A stretch of 64,000 bases of DNA from Lepidodermella squamata (taxonomy: Eukaryota; Animalia; Gastrotricha): assembly GCA_047495785.1 (NCBI GenBank), contig JBLDXI010000013.1:186001-250000 (forward strand), in the 5' to 3' direction. The translations under genes were made by a program, and so were the position numbers. Under the pieces are notes generated by a model, which was given only the letters and a program-made list of their open reading frames with translations, was not told the origin of the DNA and searched no databases. The number at the start of each line of letters is the position of its first letter. Position 1 is the first letter of the stretch. Of this stretch, positions 1-11,701 are shown piece by piece.

Positions 1-48
1 TTTCTTCTGTTTTCCAAGTTGCCAATGCTTATTAGAATTCTGTATTAG

Positions 49-917
49 AATGCAATATTGTTGCTGACGAGAAAAAGCCGGGTCAGCAAGTTACAGGAGG
101 TGTCAAGAAGCCAGCTCCTAACCGGCGCCAAAATACTGTTACAAATGCCAACAACACCAACAATGGCTCTGCCGCTTCGGATTCAGTCGCGTCTAACGCC
201 ACCCTTCAACGGAATGCCAGTGCACCTGCTGACGGGACGACTAATCTGAAACGTGTAGCTGCGTCAACGGCCAAGTCGATACAACCACCAGCTAAAAAGC
301 TGGCTGCCACGACGAATGCGACCCAGAAACCTGCTGTAGTGGCCAAGCCGAAGCTAGCAACAATTGCGAAAAAGCAGACCGTCGCAGTCACTATGACTAA
401 GTCTGTTGCGACTGAGAAATCTCAAATTACAGCAATCTCAGATGAGAAGAAACCTGTTACTTCCGATTTGCTCATGTGTGGTCAGTGTCGTTCTGTGTTT
501 TACGACGTAACCTCGTTCCAACGGCACAAGGATTCGGCTTGTGAGAAAGTGCCCGAGATTCTGACATGTTTCTCGTGTTCTCAACAATTCACCAGTCCAT
601 GGCTGCTACTGCTTCACGCGCAAAATGATCACAGCTATCAAATGTTCAAAACAGAAGCAACGAATGGCAACCACATCGATGGGGATATCGATGCCTCGCA
701 AGAGGAAGAGCGCGCCAGTGATAAATTCAATCGCCACTCACGGAGTGACGATGAGTCGAGTTCAACTGGCGACAAGGCAGACTCGTGCAATAACGAATCG
801 ATCAACGACGATGCAAGCAATGCAGCTGCTCAAGCGACTACAACCGCGTCGAATGACGCTGTTGACGACGAGGAGGCGTTGCTTGCCGGCGGAAATGACA
901 CCAGTGATGTCGAGTAG
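49..917 (+). CDS. BCL11-like zinc-finger protein, last exon (5' part lies outside the window)
   Basis: The frame is open from an acceptor (tattag, ending 48) to TAG at 917. It contains DLLMCGQC..F..HKDSAC (BCL11 C2HC ZF0-like) and LTCFSCSQQFTSPWLLLLHAQNDH (BCL11 ZF1-like), followed by an acidic tail. Confidence 0.65.
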
Positions 918-1306
918 TTGTCTTTATTCATGTCTTCATTATTTCTTGTCTAGTGTATCATGGGCTGCCTTTTCCATAAATTTGATTAGACTTTTTTCTC
1001 TTGATCAGGCAAGATTCAAGGCATAATCGCCTTTCATTTTTTCTGATGTGTTTGGGACAAATCAAAGGTGGACACACGACTTTTTGTCATCTTCATTCGA
1101 TCTACCTGGTTGAGACATATATCTTTTTTCGTGTTATTCTGTTCACGTTGCGCCCTACCAAATATGATGTAAATAAATTGCCGGACGGGCGCACTTGTTG
1201 CGATTTTTCATTTCTAATGCTTGATGTCTATGCAATGCGGACACTAAATTAACATAAGACATGTAATTGATCTATGTTTTGTTGTATTTAGTAGATTTTA
1301 TATGTC

Positions 1307-3613
1307 ATGGATAAGGGCAATATATTCCTGAGTATGCAATCAGACCACGATGCCGGTGGCGACATGTTTTTGAGAATGCCAAATGGCGGCGGAAATCAAC
1401 CGCCTGGTGCCCCACCTCGAAAACCCGCTAACAAGCGGCCGCCGAAAAAATCTAGCAGTGGAGGAGCGAATGCGAAATTAAAAGAAGAGGAAATAGGTCA
1501 TCCAACGGACGACATGGATGTGCCACCGGCGAAAAAACTGGCCACCGGTGGGGCAAAGGCGGCCAAGTCAGGCTCATCTAGTAAGAAGAAAAAAGTACCA
1601 CAATCGAAACAGTCCAATGCCCAGCAGTCTGGAATTGCGTCTGCGAATGAACCAGGTGGTGGTTCGAATTCTCAATTTGGCCGTTGGAAGCCCGAGGACG
1701 ACTATGCTCTCATTACAGCCGTTCAGCAAACCTGCGATCTCACCGCTGTATACCTCGGTATTAGATTTTCTGCGAAGTTTTCGCTGAGAGAAATTCAAGA
1801 GCGATGGTACACGCTGTTGTACGACCCAATCGTGTCGACACTAGCCAAGTCGGCGATACAAAACTTGCCAATCGAAGTCATGTGTCGCATAGAGCGTGAA
1901 ACCTTGTTTAGCCGTGCGGAGGAGGCGGTAATCAGCACTGTGCCATCGAATAACCAGTTGGCACCGCCGAACGAAGTGTTCGATCAGTTGATACGTTCGC
2001 ACCCTGGCGTTTTCCACCCCAGTCGTTCAGCATACATGTTGTTACGGCACTGGCAGCGTTTGCGCCGATATCACATGCTGACAGAACAACAGAATCTTCC
2101 GAATCACGAAGTAGATTTACCCGAGCCGTTTTCGGATGTCGAGGACGAGCTGCTTTCAGCTGGACAGGCTGCAGGGCCAGCGGCTAGTAAGTCCGAAGAT
2201 GCGCTGATGCCGTACTCAGCGCTGGCTATTTCTCATCAAAGGCGGCAGATCAGACGGCTCGAAACCGAAGTGAGTGCCTTGAATGCGGTCGCTGAACCGA
2301 TTGTCGGCATAAGCCCGACCGATTTCCACCAACCTCAGACTTTGGCTGTACTTCGCGGCCGAGCCGTTCGGTTCTTGATGCGCACGCCTGAAATAACGAT
2401 CGGACGTAATTCGACATCGCCAACTGCAAAAGCGCCTGATGTACATGTCGATCTATCGCTGGAAGGTCCAGCGTGGCGAGTTTCAAGGCGTCAAGCTGTT
2501 GTCACCATGAAATCGGCTGGGGAATTTTATATCGAAAACGTCGGCCGGACGTCGTTCATGGTCGACGGCAAGCCAGTTTTACCAGGCGCAGGCCAAGTGC
2601 GGCTGCAGAACAACGCTGTTCTTGAAATCGGTGGCTGTCTGCATTTCAACTTCTTGATTAATCCGGATTTGTCAAACCAACCGCCTCAACAGCAGCAGCA
2701 GCAACAACAACAACAACAACAGCAACAGCAACAGCAGCAGCAGCAGTCTCACATGCAACAGTTTCAGCAGCAATCGCAGTTGCAACAACCCCAGCAACAG
2801 CAGCAAACTCCTTCGCAGCAACAGCTACCTCAGCAAGGTCCTCAGATGACCAACCCTGTTCTACATTCAACCGCTCCCTCGAACCAAATGCCACATATGC
2901 AGATGGGTGCTAACGAAAATCCGGTTAGTTGTTTCCAATATACCCCCGCTATTGTAGTAGTTGGACTGTTTTCACCGGAATTGTTGAATTTAAAATCTGT
3001 CAAGCCATTAAATTATTTATTCATTCTGCTTTGATATTCCATGTTGACTCAATAATCTAAATTTTAATATTTCGGATTCCAGCAATATGGCGGGCCGGTT
3101 GGAGTGGTAATGCATGGACAAGCGCCTTATGGCATCAACGCCGTGGTTCAAAGCCCATCGTCGAGTCAAACTGTTATGCAAGCTAACGTGACTGCGATGG
3201 CGAACCCGGCATTTGTACCCCAGCAACTCCAGCAACAACAACAACAACGCCCCGTCTACTTGCAACAGCAGCAACAACACCCGGCTGCTCAACAACAAGC
3301 GCCTCAGCCGTCTCAGCAGCAGCTGCAAGGCATGCAGTCAGGGCCGCACCAGCAATACATGGTCGCTCAGCCGCAACCAGGACAGCAGCAATTCGCGCCT
3401 CAGCATGTGGGTCACCATTTCTCGCCGCCGGTCGGTTCTCCAACAATGACCATGCCGCCGACAAGTTCTCCGCATTTTATTCCGCCAGGTTACCGGCTAG
3501 CGGGGCCCCCTCAGCCGCAGCAGCCCATGCAGCAATATCAGCAGCATGCTGTAAATATGCCGCCGCATCAAATGCTTATGCAAGCTCCTCAAGGGCAGCA
3601 ACACCCGCATTGA
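1307..3613 (+). CDS. MCRS1: Microspherule protein 1 (MCRS1/MSP58): MCRS_N domain, FHA domain and Q/P-rich tail
   Basis: Motifs GRWKPEDDYALITAV...ERWYTLLYDP and FHA region LAVLRGRAVRFLM..ITIGR..VDLSLEGPAWRVSRRQA. An intron at 2924-3082 joins in frame to ORF 3104..3613. Confidence 0.93.
2687..2746 (+). repeat. CAG/CAA trinucleotide tract encoding Q20 in MCRS1
   Basis: Twenty consecutive CAA/CAG codons. Confidence 0.95.
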
Positions 3614-3910
3614 TCGCCGTGTCGCTAATTTTATAGATACTTCACAATTGGCCCTTTGGCTTTTGTGTTTGAGTGTTCAGTCGTGATTGTTGTCCTGTGT
3701 AGGATAAAGCCGGAAATACGATATCTGCTCAATTTTTTCACTCCTCTCCATGGCCTCTAAATTGATCCGAGGCCTCGCATTCAGCCAATTTTACTACTAT
3801 CGATTACTTATACTATCAAAAGACGGCGACAACAATAAAAATGAAGATTTTTTCAATTTCATATTCATGCTTGAGCTCATTCAATTTGAAATAGTTGGTT
3901 GCTTGAATTT

Positions 3911-6900
3911 ATGGAGAACCATGTCCCTAAAGCAACAAAAAGCAGTCGACCAGCGAAACCGGTGGCGTCGGTCGATTTGGTATGAAAACTAGATTATTTG
4001 CATTTTTCATGCAATAGCCAACCGTTGTGTAGAACAAGGCAGCATGGGACACGAATTTGATCACTGGAGGTGGCAATGGTAAAGGCACGGGCGATAAGAC
4101 AGAAGGTCACGAAAAAGCTTCGTCTAGCCTTGGACGACTAGCTATGTTTAAGAAGTTGGCTGAGGCAGCTGCGTTGAAGGAGGGTGAATCTATTCCTACC
4201 CGTGTTGCAGCAAGCCAATTTGCGCGAGGTAAATTCATGGGACCCACTGAGCCGCCTTCGAAAACCTCCTCTGACGAGCCGCTAAAAGAAAGCGGACCAT
4301 TGGCGGAGAAGAATGAGGCTGAGATCCCGTCGATCAATAACATCGATTCAATTCTTGCCGTTTCACAGCCAGTGAAAGCGGAACTAGTTAAACCTGAATC
4401 AGAGACGCCAGAGACCCAACAGGTCATGCCGGTTACTGAGGAAAGTATAGCTGCTAGTGCCTCATCACAGCCAAATCCTCGCCGAAGGCCCTTTTCTGCG
4501 ACTACGACGGACGAATCAGAGCCGAAACATTATCGTGAAATGAATAAAGCCATGTCTGCCTTGTTAGGCGCTCTTTCAAAAGTAGAGCCGGATGTAGAAT
4601 CGCCACCTCGAAAATCGCGCCGTCGCATGGACGATGAAGCATCCGCCATGGATTCAAGCGATTCGGAAGGTGAAAACGATGATACGAGTACTGCTAAAGA
4701 ACCACGTGAGGTGCCCGAAGAGGACGGCCCCATGTCCGGCGAAGCAGACAGTTACGGAGCACAAGGCAAGTGGGCTAACAAGGGAGGGTTCAATAAGGGC
4801 GGAAAGAGTTTCGGAAAGAGGAAGAAAAATTTTGACAAGCCGAATTATCAGCGAATTAATATGCGTAAGAAGTGTTTCACCAAATTTGGTGCGGCGCAAA
4901 CGAATCGGAAAAAGAAAATGCTCAAGTTCCGGAAGCGCTCCAACCGGGCGTCGGCACGCCGCGAATTGGCAGAAGCTGCTGAATGGGGTCTGGATGGCGA
5001 CACGGCGCCGACTCGGGAGGGCGAGAATGCTTCCCCGAACGCTGGTAAGGAGGACCCTTCACAACCCGGCCCATCTACCTCGAAGCAACATCAAGCTGAC
5101 ATTGTCCCACCAGAGTTCAGCATCGCAGTGTTGCCGTCAGAAGCTGACGGGAACGTGAACACTGCTGCATTCAAGGATCGGCTATTCAGTGATCTTAATC
5201 TCTCTGAGCGCCAGCAGAGTGTTGTGGAAGGATTGGCTCAGGGTAAATTATACATATTATTGTTACTTCCGAATTCTCGTTGGTAAAACTAACGCCCTAC
5301 ATTTCTTTTAGGACAAGTTGCTTTCCACCAGCTTACCCCGCCGCCTAATTATAGCGGCTATGAGGGCTGGTTCAACTTGAACGCGCCCTGGTCTAGAATG
5401 GTCGCGGGCTGCGTTGAAATTCACCGCCACACCGCAATGTTCCAATCACAAGGAGCCTCAAGTGAAAGCGGCGCGGTTATTGGCATTGTCGTTCTCTGTG
5501 ATCCACTGTGCCCTCTACCTCTGCCATCGCTGGCTAAAAGCCGGAAGGCCAGCGAAAAGAATGCTGCTTTGTCCTATAATCGTGGTGGCGCCGTAATCAG
5601 TGGTGACATGAGCTCCGATGAAAGGCAAGAGGTGGTCACCAAAGCGAGATGCTGCGAGGTGATTGTTTTAAATCTAAGCTTGATTCGATTGCAACTCTTT
5701 AACTTTTCAGATTAGCTACATCATTTGCCGGCCTGAAATGCTGCTCTCAAGTGACTGGTTTAAACGATCAGGATTGCCGCCAGTTGCTTGTATTTGCCTC
5801 CTCTTTGCCGAGCGAGTCCTACCTGCTCCATGGCTGTCAAACGCTTGTAGCATCTATACGAGCGGTAAAAATAACTTCAGCAACATTCGCGCGGAAACGG
5901 CCGGACTAGTCTGCCGCCTTTATAGCCTCTTCGGCATTGGCACTGAAGGCCAGAGCCTCGCTACGGCCCGTTTACCCCTCCTAGTCGCGTCTACTGTTCC
6001 CGTTGATATTGCTAGCACTGGTTTACTGGGCAAACCGGCTGAGCTGAAATGCGACGAAGACAAAATCTCGTCCAGAAAACAGGTTGCAGTATATTCAGTT
6101 GCGAACAAATTGGCGGCTTGTGGTAAGCTGCTGCTAGCCCTCGTCGAAAAACACTGTCCGTATTCCGCTGTAACTTTCATTTGTGAATCCCCTAACGCGG
6201 CTATGCGGCTCGAGCAACTGCTGCGCCAAGACGGCAACGTCGCCGTATTTTTGAGCTTCGGATGCGGAACAGCAACGAAAAAAACCGCATCCAGCGCGGG
6301 GCCTGGTTCAATTGAACTGACCAGGGTTGCTACTCAGGACGATGTTGTCCAGCTAGCTCTGCAGAACTCGAAAACTTCTAAATCTGATCAATCGGGGGTG
6401 TCAGGACTAAGCGTATATGTGACGTGCATTGAAGTTCTGCCGCACGTTTACTTGTACAAAAACCGAACGCTTTCAACCTTGGAAAAAACTTTTTCGATCT
6501 TTGTGGGATTGCCGCCTTCTAGCGCTCACTTTTCAATTGTCAGTCTGTTCTCAGACGACCGGTGTTGCGCTCTCGTTGATTCCTCAGCTTCGGTTGAGAT
6601 GAATTCATCGCTGCGGTCGCTCTACACCATTTCAGGCAATTTATTTGTGTTGAAACAACTGGTCGAAAGTCTGTTGACTGCGCCTCATGTGCCGCAATCA
6701 TCGACTCGCGACGAATCTCAGCCATTCTGGAAGGCGGTCGATATCAACGCGTTGTCGCAGAAATTCGACTGCCATCCCAGCTTGGTCGTCGGCATAATTA
6801 TGCAGCTATTCAAACGACGAATAGTTGTCGATGTGGCGGGGTCTCGCCAAGACACGTGTTCCGTCCGGCTGTATGGGTCAGATTTCGCTTCAGTCGCGCT

Positions 6901-7687
6901 GTTTGAGGACAACCCGTTGTTGGTTGCGGCGAGACGCGTCGAAGAGGGTGATGCGACTGGTGCTCGAGGCGGCAAAAACACGACTGTGAAAAGCAACCAG
7001 CGATCACTGACGTTTTCCATGTGCGCCGTTGCCAATGAGATGGACCAGCACCCGGACGCCATTCGTCGCCATTTATACCAATTACGCCCTGTCAGTTCTC
7101 ACAGCCAAGCTACGAAAAACTTCTCCAATCGATCGCCTCTAGTCATAACTTTTGCACCCCAGTGGTCCATCCTCTTCAAAGTGGACACGGCTACCCTTAA
7201 AGAAATTGATAGTCTAGTTATGACTGTCGTCAACGAATTCATGCAACAGGAGAAAATTGTTAAAGCCAACAAAGTCGCACTGGCCAGTGCAATTTTGAAG
7301 GCAGGCCAGCCGTTTTCTACCGCTAACAAGCAGCAAGTCGGTTTGCATTTCACCGAAGTTGATTTCAGTGCACGCGACATTGATGATGCTTTCGAGGACC
7401 AAACTCCGAACAGCGAGGCTGAGCTTGAGTCAGCTCGTTTTGCGATTGAAGATCTGATTGAGTCGGGCAATTCTACCTTTGAGCTGACCGGTCGCAAGCC
7501 GTCGCCTTGGTCGATTGCACGGTCCTTACATGCAATAACGATGCCGGGTTTCAGTACCGGCATGGCACAGCGTGCCGACTGGCTGCCAACAATGCGAATA
7601 GCTTCCAGCGATTTTTCGCAAAACATTCATCTGCGCGTTCCGTTTTTAAAACTTGTTGATCTCGCGAGGCAGGCCCTCATTTCGTGA
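3911..7687 (+). CDS. RECQL4: RECQL4-like protein with degenerate helicase motifs
   Basis: Exons 3911-3979, 4033-5242, 5312-5658 and 5711-7687 join in frame. NYQRINMRKK, ISGDMSSDERQEVVTKAR, YIICRPEML, LPPVACIC and C-terminal IARSLHAITMP...HLRVPFLKLVDLA resemble RECQL4 segments in the correct order. Confidence 0.75.
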
Positions 7688-7797
7688 TTTTCTTCCGTCA
7701 TCTTCTCACCTCTTTCTGGTTTTAATTTTCAATGAAAATTTCAAATTTCAATTGTATTTCCTCGGACTAATTTTATAGTTTTTTGTTTTGCATTGTA

Positions 7798-8905
7798 ATG
7801 GAGTTCTCTTTCACCGATGCCGAGTTGCGTATGTGCCAGGATTTTATCATCGGCGTGTCTCTTGAAGCTGGAAAAGTAAGTCTCCGCGATTTGTTTTCGC
7901 AACTAAGCTTAAGGTTGTATTTTTAGATAACAAGTGCTGCCTTTTCCCAAGAGCGGAAATCATTCGCTGAAAAATCGTCTCAATATGACTTGGTTACCGA
8001 AACAGATGCTGCTGTGGAGAAGTTTGTCATATCTGCAATAGCCGAGAAATTTCCGGGTCATCGATTTATTGGCGAGGAGGCCACAGCTAATCAAAACGAC
8101 CCTCTGGCTCGCTTGACAGACGAACCGACTTGGATGATCGATCCCATCGACGGAACGCTGAACTTTGTCCATTGTCACCCAAACATTTGCTTGAGCATTG
8201 GATTTATCGTAAAAAAGCAGGTATAGCCATTTTTATGCCTCTCATGTCTGTTATTAAGTTTACTTTGTAATGTCTAGCCCATCATTGGCGTGATTTATAA
8301 CCCGGTGAAAAATGAGCTTTACACGGCCCGTCTAGGCGGGGGTGCGTATTTCAACGGAAAACCGATTCACGTAACCGATGCAAAAGGTCATACTTCAGAT
8401 AATGGCTTCAGCTTACTTGAACTTTTACTTCTCACAGAAATGCAAAAGAGCTTGTTGATGACTGAATTCGGCACTAATTCAGACTTTATGGGGGAAAAGC
8501 ACACTACTCTTGCGAAAATATGCCCCAAACTGCATGGCATCCGTGCTACAGGTTCTGCGGCTCTGAATATGGCTCTTGTGGCGGCCGGCGCTGCTGACGT
8601 CAACTACGAATTCGGGCTTCATTGTTGGGACATGGTAAATAACTTTTTCATAGTTTGCTTGAGTTTCATGTTTGTTTAATCGAAGGCTGCTGGAGCTATA
8701 ATAGTCCGAGAAGGTGAGTCCATTGCGCATCTGCTTGTTTCAGTTTTTACGGTTAATTTACCCAGCCGGCGGCGTTGTTATGGACACAACCGGTGGTGAC
8801 CTAGACTTGATGAACCGACGCGTGTTGTGCGCTTCGACTCCGGAATTGGCCCATCAGCTGGCTGCACAAATCGACAGCAGCGTCTTCAAGTTTCCTCGAG
8901 ACTGA
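7798..8905 (+). CDS. IMPA: Inositol monophosphatase, tandem copy 1 (5 introns)
   Basis: Motifs [21 protein letters not shown] and HCWDMAAG. Introns 7876-7926, 8221-8277, 8387-8437, 8635-8685 and 8714-8765. Confidence 0.95.
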
Positions 8906-9099
8906 TCTTCTGATGCCGAAATCACCTGTCGCCAATTTCACTCGATATTCCGACTCGCGTTTTAGACATGATATAAATTATGCACAGTGCTTTTTAAGTG
9001 CTATTTAACAACGAATTCTTAGCTTTTATAGAGATGAACTCAAAATAAAAGTATTGCTTCTAACTCTGGAATTACGTGTTTATTAGTGCATTTTGAATA

Positions 9100-10374
9100 A
9101 TGGATTTGTCCTTCACCGATAATGAGCTACGATTGTGCCAAGACTTTATCGTGAGACTGGCTCTCGATGCGGGTCAGGTGCGTGGCTTAAGCCTTTACAA
9201 GGGTTATCAGTTTATTGTGTAAATCCACAGATAATGCGAGCTGGATTTTCGGTCGAGAGAAAAAGCTTCGCCGAAAAATCCTCATCTCACGACCTGGTAC
9301 GGCCACTTGGGACTATATCACACTTGAATTGTTCACATTAAACATTCCACACAAGGTAACCGAAACGGATGCTTCGATTGAGAGATTCCTCATTTCTTCG
9401 ATATGTGAGAAGTTTCCGACTCATAGGTAGCTTTGTTTGTCGTGATGAGTTTCGCAAACATATTGGTGTGTAGATTCATTGGGGAGGAAACGTCGCAGCT
9501 GTCAAAAGATCCATTGGCTAGACTAACGAATGAGCCGACGTGGATGATAGACCCTATCGACGGGACAATGAATTTCATACACCGCAATCAAAATGTTGCC
9601 ATCTCCATCGGTTTAGTTGTTGAGAAAAAGGTTCTTCAGTAACATTTTTTGTTATTTTTTATCTCTCATCAACCGGTTTACAGCCCATCTTGGGTGTTAT
9701 TTACAACCCCATCGCCAATGAGATGTACACAGCTAGACTTGGCGGAGGTGCTTACTTGAACGGCCGCCCGATTCAGGTTTCTGAAACCACAGGTTCAGCT
9801 GAAATGAATCGATGAAGTGATGGGTGAAAAAAATACTTCTAATTCATACAGACTTGAAATTCAGCCTGCTGGCGACTGACTTCGGCTGTATTATCAATCA
9901 CATGCCTGAGCGCCTTGCAACTGCAGGGAAAATCGTGCAGCAAGTCCATGGGTTCTTGCTTCTTGATAATTAAATAATGATGTATTAAAGCTGGCTTGAA
10001 TAGATTACGGGCCATTGGCTCCTCGGCACTTCACATGGCTATGGTTGCTCGTGGCGCAGTTGACTGCATGTATGAATTCGGACTTCATTGTTGGGATATG
10101 GTACGCTTTCAAGATTTGAGTATTTCTAAATAACCATACGCGCAACCTATTGATTAAGGCTGCTGGTACGATTATCGTTCGAGAGGGTATGAATTCGAGA
10201 GTTTATAGCCTTGCAATTGAATTGCTTTTATTAGCGGGAGGGGTAGTAATCGCCCCATCAGGCAACGAATTGGACCTGATGTCTCGACAAGTTTTGTGCG
10301 CTTCAACCACTCACTTAGCCTTGCAGCTTGTAAATGCGATTGACCCAACTGTATTCAAATTTGCTCGTGATTAA
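9100..10374 (+). CDS. IMPA: Inositol monophosphatase, tandem copy 2 (8 introns)
   Basis: Same motifs. Introns 9178-9230, 9297-9355, 9427-9473, 9631-9683, 9793-9851, 9952-10003, 10101-10158 and 10187-10234 give an intact frame. Confidence 0.93.
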
Positions 10375-10448
10375 TAACAGTCATGCTTGAGTACCATGAT
10401 CAGTAAGAAATCACTGCCTTGCCACATTATTTTTCTGATATAGTTATA

Positions 10449-11701
10449 ATGAATGACATCGATCTTCGGAAGTGTCAAGATTTCATCTCGCAGTTGGCTA
10501 TAGATGCCAGTCATGTATGTACTAATATTTCTTACCTCGGCATTCGGGAATATCCTATACTTGTAGATCACAAGCAAAGCATTTTCGGATCGGAGAAAGT
10601 CTTATTCAGAGAAATCGTCTCGGCACGACCTGTTAACCGAAACAGATGCAGCTGTTGAAAATTATTTGATTTCTCACATTTATGAGAAATTTCCGCTTCA
10701 CAGGTGACTATTAATTGGGGAATGCCATCCCTGCTTTGTTTTACTAATAATGCACTATCAGATTTATTGGCGAAGAGACTTCTTCCTCACATCGACAACC
10801 GCTGACTGACGAACCTACTTGGATGATTGACCCCATCGATGGAACAATGAATTTCATTCACGGGAACCCATCATTCGTACGTTTTAGCTGCCTAATTGTA
10901 ACCTGTCGATTTTATACAGTTTAACTTTAGTGTCTTAGTATTGGTTTGCTGGTTAACAAACTGGTATCGGACATACTTATCATTTTTGACTGCTCAGCCG
11001 TTAGTTTTTTTTAGCCGGTGCTTGGAGTTATTTATAATCCAAACACTAACGAACTGTTTTCCGCCCGACTTGGAGGTGGCGCCTACGCAAATGGCGAACC
11101 TATTCGAGTTTCCAGCGCACAAGGTATTGTGCTGAGTTCTATTGAAGTCTGTCATTGGAGACTTGATTTATATTTTTTGAAGATTTGGGCCACAGTTTGT
11201 TATTGACCGGGTTCGGCAAAGAGTATCTCTCTGAAAAATACGCGCTGATGACTGACATTGTGATGAAGACTCACGGGTTATTATCACTCGTTTTATCATG
11301 AAAATCAATGAATTGGCTTTTCATCCAGCGTCAGAACGATCGGCTCGGTTGCTCTGCATATGGCTATGATTGCGTCAGGCGCTGCCGATTGTACATACGA
11401 CTTCGGCCTACATTGCTGGGATATGGTAAGTCGAAGGCCTTAAGTCATGTTCAAGTTCCATACCATTTTGTTTCTTCAGGCTGCGGGTATTATTATCGTT
11501 CGCGAAGGTGAGATTTCATGATTGGCAAAGGGAATGTGTCAACTATGAATGGTATTTTTAGCCGGTGGCGTCGTGCTCGACACAAAAGGTGGTGATCTCG
11601 ACATAATGTCTCGAAGAATGATATGTGCTGCTAATCCGGTGGTCGCTAGGCAATTGGTGCAGCACTTGGAAAATGTTGATTTGACGTACAAACGTGATTG
11701 A
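10449..11701 (+). CDS. IMPA: Inositol monophosphatase, tandem copy 3 (8 introns)
   Basis: Motifs [16 protein letters not shown] and HCWDMAAG. Introns 10515-10566, 10704-10761, 10877-10930, 10964-11014, 11124-11182, 11277-11328, 11426-11479 and 11508-11561. Confidence 0.93.

Noticed and set aside
10390-10440. C/D box snoRNA in the IMPase 2-3 spacer (ATGAT...CTGA); a similar pattern at 19583-19603
   Set aside because: Too short, box C is imperfect, and there is no terminal stem.
7960-11701. Fragmented IMPase and esterase ORFs as frameshifted pseudogenes or evidence of an alternative genetic code
   Set aside because: Short GT-AG introns restore intact frames, and TAA, TAG and TGA all serve as normal stops.
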